64,000 bases of DNA from Chrysemys picta bellii (lineage: Eukaryota): NCBI RefSeq assembly GCF_011386835.1, contig NC_088791.1:88536001-88600000 (forward strand), written 5' to 3'. The notes under the pieces are model-generated. The model saw nothing but the letters and a program-made list of their open reading frames with translations. It was not told where the DNA came from and searched no databases. Positions 47,560 to 60,186 of the stretch are shown here, one piece after another; position 1 is the first letter of the stretch, and the number at the start of each line of letters is the position of its first letter. The translations under genes were made by a program, and so were the position numbers.

Positions 47560-50500
47560 TAGTTTTGGACTGTGGGGTTTATCCCGACTGCATTTCCTTG
47601 GGGGAATTTACATGCCCAAGTCCCAGGGGTTTAAGCCCTGCAAATCCTGCAACAAGCCCATGCCAATGGGCGACACCCCCGATGCTTGTTTAAAGTGTTG
47701 GGGGGAGGCTTACCAAGCAGACAAGTGCAGGATTTGTAAGGGGTTTTGCCCCAGAACAAAAAAGGAGCAAGATTTTCACCTCAAGCAGCTCCTTTGTGGA
47801 GGCTGCATTCAGACCACAACCTCCAGCGGCGTGGCAAGACCTGGGACTGACCTCATTGGTGCACAGTGCCCCGGTGGCAGTGGTGGAAGCAGCACCGTGG
47901 AAGGACGCTGGCAGAGGCCCCCGGCACCGCCGCTCCCCAGTGCCAAAGCCAGCGGGATTGACCCAGCACTGCTCCTACTCCTTGGCCCAGAAGCAGCACC
48001 GGAAGCAAGGGAGGGGTGGATCTCTGTCCCAGAGACCCACCTGTGATGTTGCATGCCATATGTTTTATGGAAATATGCTTGAATGTAAATATGATGTAAC
48101 TGGAATATGCTTTATGCACAAGGTCTCTTGTAAGTATCATTACAAAGCTTACGATCTACTTGGTGTGTTCATCCTATTTTTTTGGATGTATTATGTCTAT
48201 GTCTGGAGTTAAGAGAATAAACTATAAACTTGTATTACTGATGTAAACATGTTAAGTGGAAGCTATTAAGGGTGCTTCAGAATCAATGAACTGTGAAGGG
48301 GTTTGTTTACCTGCAAGCCTTCCTATGTGCATCTTCAAGCTACTAGGTAATGAAGAAGGAGGTCTTATAGTGACATGTGATCATGTCACCTGAACCAGAA
48401 TCGATCTTAAACCTGGTGCTTTTCCATTTAGAAGGAGGGGTGGGGATCTAGAGAGATGAAAAGATTCATGCCTTGTGCCAAAGCTAGAAAAGGGGGTGAA
48501 ATGGAACAAAGGGGGCTGCTAGTCATGAGAAATCCCCTAGTTACCACCTGAGCTGGAACTAACGAAGGGAAAGGATTAGGCCCAAACTAGAAAGGAGTCT
48601 GGTCTGTGAAAGAAGCTTATTGGAACATCTCTAAGGGTGAGATTTAGGTGTATTCAGTTTCTTAATGTATTAGGTTTAGACTTGCCTGCTTTGTTTTATT
48701 TTGCTTGGTAACTTACTTTTTTCTATCTGTTACTACTTTAAACCACTTAAATCCTACTTTTGATACTTAATAACATCACTTTTGTTTATTAATTAACCCA
48801 GAGTAAGTGATTAATACCTGGGGAAGCAAACAGCTGTGCATATCTTTCTATCAGTGATGTAGAGGGTGGACAATTTGAGTTTACCCTGTATAAGCTTTAT
48901 ACAGAGTAAAATGAATTTATTGGGGGTTTGGAGCCCACTGGGAGCTAGGTGTTTGGGTGCTAGAAACACAAGTACTTGCTGAGCTGTTTTCAGTTAAGTC
49001 TGCAGCTTTGGGGGGGTGGTTCAGACGCTGGGTCTGTAGTGGAGCAGGCTACCCTGTCTGGCTCAACAAGACAGGGTTCTGGAGTCCCAAGTCACCAGAG
49101 AAAATAGGCTCAGAGGTAGTTTCAGCACATCAGGTGGCAGTCCCAAGGGGGTGTCTGTGACCAAACCCATCACACCACCGGCCAGTGGGGCGTGTCCCAC
49201 AGAGGAGCATCCAGTGTCCAAGTGGTTGGAGACGGCACTGTCGACTTCGGCCTCACAGGGGGGACTGTTGAGTCCGGTGCTGTTGGACTCCATGGCCCAG
49301 GTCATCAAGGAGGTGGAATTGCCATCCATTCCAGACACCTTTGAGGCCATGAGGGACCTCATTGCCATGACAGCGCTGAGGTCGCCCACCCTTTGGGCCA
49401 AGCCTCTGTTACCGCATCACATGGCACCGTCTCAAGGCAAACTGGTGATGCTCCATCCCTCGGCTGATGGTGTCCCAGCACCACTCGGAGTCCCGGCGCT
49501 GATCACAATCACGGCACCCGTTGAACTTGCAGCACCGCTCCAGGTTGCACCAGTGCTCCCGCTCATGACTCCGATCCCCATTGGGTAGCAGGTCCTGCTC
49601 CCGACACTGGTCATCCCGGCACTGATTAGTAACCCCCCACAGATCCAGAGTGTGGCACCGCTCCCCACCCTCACGGCACCGCTCACCAGGCCAGCTCTGC
49701 TTGGCACCACCCTGGCCATCGTGGTCTTGGTCCCTGTCTTCAGGCTTGGAAACAAGGTCTAGATACTCGGAATGGGGCTGGCACTGGTTGGGCCGGGGAA
49801 GGCCTGAGGTGGGAGCCGGGCTGTGGCCGGCGCAGTGGCGGAGACCAGTGCAGTGGCCATTTTGGACCCCATGGACCCTAAAGGTTCCCGCTTGGCAACC
49901 TCTGAACAGCATGTGCAGGAGGCTTTAGCTAGTCGCCCCATCCCTAGGGGTGCCAAGGAGGTACTGTTTCTCACCCCCCACAGAACCAACCCCAGTTCCT
50001 GAGCCTGATCCAGGTTTGCCTGGCCCAGTCAGCGAGACAGGATGGGAGCTCCCTAGAGAGCAAGAGGGTCAGGAGGACCCTATTCCCCCATTGGCCTCCT
50101 TGTCTTCCTCCCCGGATGTGGCGGTTGCCAGCAGCTCTGTCTCGGGACTGTCCCCCATAGACAGCCACACCCCCAGGATCTCCTTCGCAGGGTGGTGCAA
50201 AACATGGGCCTGCAGGCCGAGGAGGTGGTGGAGTGGTCAACATCCTGGCTCTGGAAAGCCAATTGAGGGTGGTTCTACCCCTCATTAAGACTATACAGGC
50301 TAATGCTAAGACCATTTGGTAGACCCTGGCCTCCATCCCTCCCACTGTGAAGGGCGTGGAGAGAAGTATTTCATCCCATCTAAGCGGTAAGGATACCTCT
50401 TCACACACCCACAGCCTTACTCGGGGGTGGTGGCTGCAGTGAACGAGAAGAAAAGGAAGGGCAACAAGCCCCAGCACCTAAGTCCAAGGACACCAAGCGC

Positions 50501-51320
50501 CTGGACTTATTTGGGGTCAAAGTGTACTCTAAGGGGGGGTGCAACTCAGGATTGCCAACCAGCAGGCAACTCTGAGTAGATACAGCTTCAACTCCTGGAA
50601 CTCGATGCTCGAATTTAAGGTGCTGGTTCCAACTGGAGCTATAGTGGAGGAGGACAAGGCAGTGGCACAGGCCCTTTTACAGGCCTCACTGGATGCTGCA
50701 GACTCAGTGGTGCCCACCTTGTCCTCCAGTATCGCCATGAGGCATAGCTCATGGCTGCAGCCTCAGGACTCCTGCCTGAGGTTCAACAGACAATGCAGGC
50801 CTACCTTTTGATGGGGCAGGTCTGTTCGCAGAGAAGACTGACACTAGGCTCCACAGCCTAAAGGACTCCAGGGCTACCATGAAATCCTTGGGTATGCACA
50901 GCCCGGTAACCCAACGCAAACATTTCAGGCCTCAGCAGCAATCCTATCCTCCTTGGGTGAGGCAGGATTTTTATAGGAGAAAGGGTAGGAATGGCCTGGC
51001 CCTTCTAACCCCCTGTCTGAACCAGGGCTCAACTAAACCATCGTCGGGTTCCAAACAGGCCCTTTGAAGGGGTGCCCGAGGACGGTGCACCAGCCTCACT
51101 TCCGCATCCTTCCCCGTCCTTTTTGAATCATTTGTTCCACTTCTACCATGCTTGGTCCCAAATAACTTTGGACTGCTGGGTCCTCCGTATGGTGGCAGTG
51201 GGATATTCTTTCCAGTTCTGCTCCTACTCTCCCTCTTCAGGGACCCCTCTCACGAGCAACTCCTTATCCAGGAGGTGCAGGCACTCCTTGGTATGGGAGC
51301 AGTGAAGGAGGTTCCTCAGT
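47560..51320 (+). mobile_element. DIRS1-like (tyrosine-recombinase) retrotransposon 5' fragment, interrupted by a solo LTR
   Basis: Cys-rich ORF1 start MPKSQGFKPCKSC...CLKCWGE...C..C (ATG 47612), LAP2alpha-like gag segment (NQQATLSRY...SIAMRHSSWLQ) and the beginning of RT (HF..AWSQIT.DCWVL...GYSFQF). Family assignment from memory. Confidence 0.7.
48042..49174. mobile_element. Solo LTR (1133 bp) nested in the DIRS-like element
   Basis: TGTGATG...CATCACA terminal inverted repeats; 5-bp TSD CCACC (48037-48041, 49175-49179). Confidence 0.9.
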
Positions 51321-53031
51321 AGCATGTCTCCTTTCTCTACCAGCTATGCTATTTACCAGTTATTTAATATATTACAAGTCAAAATCTCCCACTCATCACA
51401 TTTCCTCCTCCCCCATATCTCCTTTAGTGTATCCCAAGTCCCTGTTTAAAAAAAAAAAAGTATTTGCTATCTTCCTAAATAGTCAGCATTTTAGAGCTAT
51501 GTAAGGGGGGAAGGAATGCATTACAAAGCTGAGGAGTACTTATGGAGAATGTCCTCCCAAACTCCTTATCTTATAGACCAACAGATCTCCAGCTTGAATG
51601 CCTCCTCTGTTCTCAGTTGCAGTAACATGACATCAGAGAGAAATGATCCCTCATAAAGGGAGGTGCCTGTCCTTTTAAGGCTTCATTACAACAAACAGAA
51701 ACTTCACGTCAAGGTGTATAGGCCACCAGTGCAAAACTGGAACACTGGTGTCATGTGCGCATTGTGAATTAACCTGCTTAACAATTGAGTTACCACAATC
51801 TGCACAAGTTTCAGTTCACAAATGGATTTAAGGTGTAGCCCTATGGAGAGTGCATTGGAAAAGTCCATCTAAAAGGTGCCCAAAGCATGGGTTATGGAAG
51901 GGAGGTCTGCATGTAAAAGGTCACAACTAGAGCTGTATGAGAATGGGATTTTCTGTTCTAGTAACAACCCATGGACTAGATTCAGATAGGAAAACAAAAT
52001 AGAACAGCCAACCAACCAGCCAAAATCACCTCAAACCAAAACTTCCTGGCCACTGCCACTATTTGGTCATCTTAATGTGGCTGGACATCTAACAATGGTT
52101 TTCTTGGGCATATAGGGAAATGGGCAGTGACGTCAATGTACTGTTTAATTCATGAAAGTTACTAATAAAACCATCAGTTTCCACCTCAAATATAGGATGG
52201 GATGCTCACCCTTGTTTGTGTTACTGAGATCTGGCTGGCTGAAACAAATAGTGATTTGGCATAGCTCTGTCCAACAGCATAGTCACTTCAAATTAATTTG
52301 CTGAAGGGCCAGGGAAGGGGAATGGCTTTACTATTTGAATTAGACCTTGGGATTAGGGGTGTTTCACTCTGAAGGTGGATTCATTGAGGTGTTTGAGAGT
52401 ACTTTGAGAGTTTCAGGACAAATTTAATTTAAGAATTACATACTATCCCCTTCTGACCCTCAGGATTTCAATCAAATCTAATTGAGTTGTTTACAGGCCC
52501 GAGGAAGTTGCAAATTATTAATCATTATTTAAAATGCATTGTGTGGTAGCATCTAAACACCTCAGTCAGGCCATGTCCCCATTGTGATAAACATATCAGA
52601 AATGACAGTCTCTTTCTCAAAGACCATTACTGTGCTCAGTAATTTCACTATCTGTGCTGCTGCTAACTTTTATATGTTGCTCTTAAACCACATATGGTAG
52701 CTTCCATAACAATGAAGATCCTCTCCCAGGTGGTTTCTGACTCAGATTTGGTTGATGGCTAATATTCATGGTGGGACTGGAAATATTGAATACAGGGGGT
52801 AACAGTGATGACATCTTTATCATGGGCAGATCATTACAACTGGGCTGAGGTTAGGGTCTCTGTTTGCTCCAACTTGAGGTGCTGCACCTGTTTAATGATT
52901 CTCTTTTAGGGTCAGATTTTGATAGCCTTACACCTGGACAAGTCCTACTGAAGTCAATTGGACTTGTATAGTTAGATATTTTTCATTTTGTCTAATGGTA
53001 TCACAAAGTGTTCCTCAGACAGATAGACCAT

Positions 53032-53272
53032 AAGGGCCTGCTCCAGGCCAATGCAGCAAGCAGGTGCTTGGGGCGGCCAACAGCAAGGGGCGGCACGTCC
53101 AACTCTTCCGCAGCAATTCGGCGGCAGGTCCCTCACTCCCTCTCGGAGCAAAGGACTAGCTGCCGAAGAACGAAGCGGCGGTAGAGCTGCTGCCGAATTG
53201 CCGCCGATCACAATCATGGCTTTTTTTTTTCCCTTCCTGCTTGGGGCGGCAAAAACGCTAGAGCCGGTCCTG
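53032..53272. mobile_element. hAT-type MITE
   Basis: 8-bp TSD TAGACCAT/TAGACCGT; termini ..AGGGCCTGCTC/GAGCCGGTCCTG. Confidence 0.8.
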
Positions 53273-54152
53273 TAGACCGTATTAGGTTCCAGAACATACA
53301 AAGGGATAATATTGTCTAGCCTTGACCAGTGTAAAACTTAACCTGGATGATTTGTTTCCAGAGTAACATACTCTTATTTGGTTATTTATTTAAAAAAAAA
53401 ACATTCCTAAAAAGATATACATGATTGCTATTGACGACAAATTGTTTACACTTCTTCTAAATAGCTGTACAATTTGCTACCAAAGAATGGCTACTGAGCT
53501 TTCCTCACAACAATGGTATTTTGACTGTATAAGTTTTAGATAGAGATATTTTCAGCCAATAAAATAAAATACATGCTAAGTGTGAAATTATACTTGGATC
53601 TTTTGGTAAGATGTTAAAAAGACATTAATTATCCCCTTTTTATTCACGTGGGTGTAAGCAACAAACTAAATACAAGTATCTCATTTATGGCAAGATTCAT
53701 GCAGGGGAGAAAAAACATTCTACTCTGTTCTTTTAATCATGCTTGAATCAATTTTATAATTAACTAAATATCCCACCACACCGATGTGGAAGGACCAGTT
53801 ATTACTTCTGCAGCCAGAAAAGCATTAAAATATTCTAGGAGATACATATTCAAAGTACACGCTGTAAAAGAAGATCCTCACGTTTACAAAGACAGGTTAA
53901 TCAATTGTCACTACTGAGGGAAATGTGGATGGAGCAAGACAGCCTCTGGGAAATGCAGGAAGGGAAGGGGGCGTGGAGGGAGGAAAGGTGAAACTAGAGG
54001 CACTACTGCCTAGCCATTGGTCAGATTCAGATCCGCATCACCATTGGTTGAACAGACCATGTTAATTTTTTAGCCAATCACAAATTACATTAGCAGTCAT
54101 ACGGACAGGATAAAAGGACAGAAATTGGGGCGCTATTACGCGGCCTGGGTAG

Positions 54153-54590
<438 letters not shown>

Positions 54591-54635
54591 AACTGACCAA
54601 GAAAGGTGAACACTTCAACTTCAGTACTAACCAAA

Positions 54636-54675
54636 GGCTCTTTTCAGAGCCACCTACTGTCTCATGAAAAGAGTT
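54636..54675 (+). terminator. Histone 3' stem-loop plus HDE (H2A)
   Basis: GGCTCTTTTCAGAGCC 54636-54651; purine-rich AAAAGAGTT downstream. Confidence 0.93.
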
Positions 54676-54743
54676 GCATGTCCTCAAACAGAAGGAGCAG
54701 CCCTGTTTGTTAAATAGAAAACTCCCCATTTAGTATGGGTCGT

Positions 54744-54777
<34 letters not shown>

Positions 54778-55775
54778 ATTTATTAGTGATTCTCTTCTCC
54801 CCCTCTCCTCCATTACTTTTCATGAGTAATGGAAGCCCCTTCGGGGGAGGGGAAACCAGGCATCAAGCCTTTGTTTTTCCAGGTTCCATAAATCTCGATG
54901 GGGCAAAACAGATTATATAGTAAACCAACGAGAAAAATAAATACTAATTCAATAGAAATAAGTGATTATGGTGAATTCTATGTTGAATCCATCCTGTTTG
55001 ACTATATAATTTTTTTTAATGTTGCTGTGACAAATAACAATTTTATCCAAGTTATCTCATCTGCCTTGGTTTTTTTATGCTCATATTTAAAGAACTGTCT
55101 CCCAAATACTGATTGGTCCATTTGAACCCAAAATAATAGTGAAACCCTAATTCCTTTAAAAGGGGGTTTCAAATTCCTTAGTTACATAGAACAGTTTTTA
55201 ACACGTTTAATTTCGAATATATATAACACATACTGTCTAACCCCATTTCCTCTGTAGTTTGGATACATTAAGGTTTGTGGGAGATTGAGGATATTGCCAG
55301 GTACTGATTGGTTAATTTGATATAACAAAAGAGATTTCGTCCCCATTTATGATTAGATGTTGCATATGAAACTGGTCTGTCGGTTCAAAAATGTCACAAA
55401 TGGAAGGAAAAAGTAACAGGAAAAATACTTTTTAAAATGGCTACTCTTGATTTAAACTCTAACCTAATATATAGTACCATTAGGAATCACTTGTAACAAC
55501 ACAAGGTAAAACCTGTGATTTATTAAAGGGATGCGCCCTTGCCAATTATGGGAGAGCTCTGCATTTGATTTAATAATAAGGGAATGTTTTCTTCTGTTTC
55601 TTTCCCTGTGTGTGTTAGCGTTATTCTATAATTTTGTTCTCAAAATTTGCATCAAGCCTTTCTATCTTGTAAGAGAGATTTGTGTGATTATTTCTATTTT
55701 AAATTGTTTCTCATTAATATAAACCCATCACTAATTGAACAATAATGTGTAATATGCAATGTTCTAGTCCTAAAG

Positions 55776-55998
55776 CAGTGGTTCTTACACTTTTGTACTG
55801 GTGACCCCTTTCACACAGCCTCTGAGTGCGACCCCCCCCCCCCTTATACATTAAAAACACTTTTTAATATATTTAACACCATTATAAATGCTGGGGGCAA
55901 AGCAGGGTTTGGGGTGGAGGCTGACAGCTCACGACCCCCCATGTACTAATCTCGTGACCCCCTGAGGGGTCCCGACCCCCAGTTTGAGAACCCCTATG
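55776..55998. mobile_element. hAT-type MITE
   Basis: CAGTGGTTCTTACAC...GTTTGAGAACCCC termini; near-TSD CCTAAAG/CCTAGAG. Confidence 0.65.
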
Positions 55999-56839
55999 AC
56001 CTAGAGCAAAGATAAAGGTCAGTGACAATTTGCCCAAGTTTGTAATGTACAAGAATGAAAAGACTTTAGCAATAGCCATGCCCTTTAGACAATGGATTAG
56101 GATTTCAAAAATTGGTTACTGGATCAGTTCAGAAACGCAGTGTTGAGTTAATGAATGTTAATATTTTCTTCATAATCTAATAAAACCTCGCCAATAATTC
56201 TTCCACCTGAAGTTACTATGACCTTGTCTATTAGGATAATGAATGTTCCTGTAACACAGGAATAAGAGAACTAGCAGCTCTGTATTGTACACAGGGCAGC
56301 ACACTACGAACTGCTCTGCTTTAACAAGTCATCCACTTTTGGGGCACAAACAGTCCCTCACGGGACTTCAATCTGCTCCTCGCATTGTTCCATGGTTTGC
56401 TAATTTAACATTTCATGTTTTAAGGAGGGTAAAAGATTTTGGTCAAAGAAGCTAATTTCTAATCCATATTCAACGCTCAGGGACGAGTTTGTGTTACTTC
56501 CTTCTCTTTGAAATCAATTTACTATGAAAACATTGATTCAAATTTCTGGCTTTGAGCCTTGATTGGGAGAAGACCCTTTAAAGAATAACATTTCATTACT
56601 TTGGAAATTTCATTGTACACGGTGCAGTTTTTATTTAGAAGGAAAAACAAAAGTTTCTCTCTCCCGAGGTCTCTCCAGGTCCAGGACTCGCGGTTTATTG
56701 ATTCTTTTAAAACTCACCTTTTGTTTCTCCAACGGGAAACTCTACTGAATGAAAATACCCTCTTTCCCCTTCCACAGGCTATAAAGTGGGGGTGATTTGG
56801 TGGCGGATATACTGCAAAAAACACACTTTTTTGACTTCC

Positions 56840-56937
56840 AAGAAACACAAACTGAACGGGAAGAAGAGTACTTTCTGGCTTGCAGCTGGGCGGGCTCTTT
56901 AACGCACCAATCACAGAGTAGCTGTTCTCTATAAATA
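56840..56937 (+). promoter_or_regulatory. Histone H1 promoter
   Basis: H1/AC box AAGAAACACA 56840, GC box 56888-56894, CCAAT 56907-56911, TATAAATA 56930-56937. Confidence 0.88.
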
Positions 56938-57000
56938 CCAGGCATCTGACCTACTCTAGCCCAATTGTTTTCTTCTGATTCGTAGGGAACGTCTGCTAGA

Positions 57001-57654
57001 ATGTCGGAAACGGCGCCTGTTGCCACTCCTGCTGTGTCCGCTCCTGGGGCAAAAACCTCTGCTAAAAAGCCGAAGAAGGCGGCAGGAGGCTCAAAAGCCC
57101 GCAAGGCTTCGGGTCCCAGCGTGACCGAGCTGATCACCAAGGCGGTGTCCGCTTCCAAGGAGCGCAAAGGGCTCTCCTTGGCCGCTCTTAAGAAGGCTCT
57201 GGCCGCCGGAGGGTACGATGTGGAGAAGAACAACAGCCGCATCAAGTTAGGACTGAAGAGCCTGGTGAGCAAAGGCACCTTGGTACAGACCAAAGGTACT
57301 GGTGCTTCTGGTTCCTTCAAACTCAACAAGAAGCCTGGCGAGATCAAGGAAAAGGTACCTAAGAAAAAGCCAGCGGCAAAGCCTAAGAAACCAGTTGCTA
57401 AGAAGCCCGCCAGCGCCGCCAAGAAACCCAAAAAAGCTGCGGCGGTGAAAAAGAGCCCGAAGAAAGCCAAGAAACCAGCGGCTTCCGCGGCTAAGAAAGC
57501 GGCCAAGAGCCCGAAAAAGGCCAAACCCGCCAAGCCTAAAAAGGCAGCTAAGAGCCCGGCTAAGGCCAAGGCGGTGAAGCCCAAGGCTGCCAAGCCCAAA
57601 CCAACCAAACCTAAAGCAGGAAAGGCTAAGAAGGCAGCGCCCAAAAAGAAGTAA
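57001..57654 (+). CDS. Histone H1 (217 aa, replication-dependent type)
   Basis: SETAP start, globular domain [12 protein letters not shown]...[13 protein letters not shown], Lys/Ala/Pro tail with SPKK motifs. Confidence 0.97.
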   Translation: MSETAPVATPAVSAPGAKTSAKKPKKAAGGSKARKASGPSVTELITKAVSASKERKGLSLAALKKALAAGGYDVEKNNSRIKLGLKSLVSKGTLVQTKGTGASGSFKLNKKPGEIKEKVPKKKPAAKPKKPVAKKPASAAKKPKKAAAVKKSPKKAKKPAASAAKKAAKSPKKAKPAKPKKAAKSPAKAKAVKPKAAKPKPTKPKAGKAKKAAPKKK

Positions 57655-57703
57655 AGCGGCTTGAAAAGGAAAATAGAGTCTAACTCGTGCAAACAAACCC
57701 AAC

Positions 57704-57743
57704 GGCTCTTTTAAGAGCCACCCACCTTTTCCAAAAGAAGCTG
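57704..57743 (+). terminator. Histone 3' stem-loop plus HDE (H1)
   Basis: GGCTCTTTTAAGAGCC 57704-57719; AAAAGAAGCTG downstream. Confidence 0.93.
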
Positions 57744-59520
57744 AAACACTCGTGCATTCACCGTAACAGCAGTAACAAATCCTTTCCCCTTTGTGACGAA
57801 ATGGTGAAAGATTACAAAGTAACTTTTAAAAAGTTATTTTGTCGTTTTGAGGGAAGCTAAGAGGAAATATTTTGTGGATACTAAGTATCAGGGGGTAGCC
57901 GTGTTAGTCTGTATCTACAAAAGCAACAAGGAGTCTGGTGGCACCTTAAAGACTAACAGATTTATTTGGGCATAAGCTTTCGTGGGTAAAAACCTCACTT
58001 CCTATGCATCTGAAGTGAGGTTTTTTACCCACGAAAGCTTATGCCCAAATAAATCTGTTAGTGTTTAAGGTGCCTCCAGCCTCCTTGTTGTTTTTGTGGA
58101 TACTGTTTCTAATAGTTCCTCTTGGGAATACTTTCCCCCCTCCCCTGGTACGCTTTAAGTGGTGCTCAGGTCATTCTTTGTTCTGCCTACATACAGAGGG
58201 GGACGAGATCTAGTGTGGGGACAAAGAGTAAATGTTTGGCTTAGAAACAATTACCTGACTGGCTGCGGGAAGCAGAACTAAATTGGTGGAGGGTTTGAAA
58301 AGCCCGCGCTGTGCAAGGATTGGTCCGTCTCCCGCCCGGATTTAAAGCCGGGCATCCTGCGCTGACATACACGTTTAAAATCTGAACACGTATCTTGATG
58401 GGCGGAGGGTGCATGTGAGTCTTCCGTAGTTCTGTTTTCACCGTTGACTAATATACAGCGTGGTTAGCCTTTATCTTTTATTATTCGCTCTCGCTACCAA
58501 TAACCGCCCTAGTGCGTTAGCTATACCTTCTCCCGCTCAATACCTATGCCCGTCTAGTTAATATTAGAAGATCAAAACCGATATTGATGTAGTGAACCAT
58601 CCTGCTATTTATTAATTTAAATTATTTATTAAGAGGACATGTCGGGTAAAGAACCTTAGAATACCAAGGTTTTCAACACAGAAATTACGTATCACTGCAC
58701 AACTGACTCAATCGAAGGTCACATCCACCACACAGATGATGAAATCCCTAATACGTGCAATGCAGGCGTCCTTTCGGGAACAGTACACATTTACTGCACG
58801 GCATATGCTTTTCACTGTGATACTCTAGACACGTTTCCTCAGTCGGGATTTACAACTGTTTAGCGTGCCTTGCAAGGATATTCTTTTCAGTAGTAGTGAG
58901 AACAGCTCCCCCCAAATTTTTCTAACGCTCAAAGATGGCGAAAACAGTCTCTGTGCATTAGCTATAACTTTCAGAAAGTTATGAAACGGAGGACAATAGA
59001 ATGTTTTGTTGGGCATACATAGTATCAAGTGAAACATTCTCTAAGTTAAATCTATATTAGGAGCTCTAATCAAAGCTATAGAGATTAAAAGTATCCTGAT
59101 TTTTTTTAACCTGCTCACAAGGCTCTGGGGAGTTCCTCATATCAGGAACTGTAGGAAAATGAAATGTAGTAAGTCAAGTCAGTTTAGACTTCAAATACCT
59201 TATTCTTATCCTTACTTACCTGCTCTACAGTATTTCCACTACGATACACACTAGAGACTCAGATCAAACACAAACCTATAGCGCTAGACTTCGTGCTCCT
59301 TGGCGAGGGATGGGGGTGACTTTTAGAAGGGAAGTTGGAGTACTCTTTAAAGCAATACATTTAAACCATCCTATTTTAACCACCAAAGAAAATTAGTAAC
59401 TGAAGTAGAGCAAATAAAGCTTTAGTTTGTAGTGAAGTTCTATTTAGGGTTTGTCTGAAAAGGAACTCCTATTTTTCCTATACACTAGCTATTATGTGTA
59501 GATAGAAATAAAATAGTAAT

Positions 59521-59562
59521 ACAGCTCCTTCATTGAGAAGGTGGGTGGCTCTTAAAAGAGCC
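59521..59562 (-). terminator. Histone 3' stem-loop plus HDE (H2B)
   Basis: Minus strand GGCTCTTTTAAGAGCC (59547-59562) and AAGGAGCTG. Confidence 0.93.
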
Positions 59563-59596
59563 TTTGGGTTATAGCTGAAAAAAAAGTTTTGAAAGT

Positions 59597-60004
<408 letters not shown>

Positions 60005-60042
60005 TCAAGAACAATAACATACTGATAGCACAGCTGCCCTAG

Positions 60043-60186
60043 TATTTATAGGGAGCGTATGCAAATGAGTAGCTTTTGCTGTCTGACTTCCTATTTGATA
60101 CAAGAAACAAATGGTGTCAGCACCGGCACATTGGTCAGCTTCAGATACCATGTCACCATTGGTTGTTGGGTTTTTTTCAGCCAATC
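60043..60186 (-). promoter_or_regulatory. Histone H2B promoter
   Basis: TATAAATA 60043-60050, octamer ATTTGCAT 60059-60066 and three CCAAT boxes at 60129-60186. Confidence 0.9.

Noticed and set aside
49151-50811. ORFs of 90-168 aa that might be a host gene
   Set aside because: Better explained as frameshifted DIRS-like gag fragments and their antisense shadows.
54745-54776. 32-nt A run after H2A suggesting a processed pseudogene
   Set aside because: H2A retains its promoter, stem-loop and HDE; the run lies beyond the cleavage site and no flanking TSD was seen.
56742-57702. 316-aa and 151-aa antisense ORFs over H1
   Set aside because: Antisense shadows of Lys/Ala-biased H1 codons.
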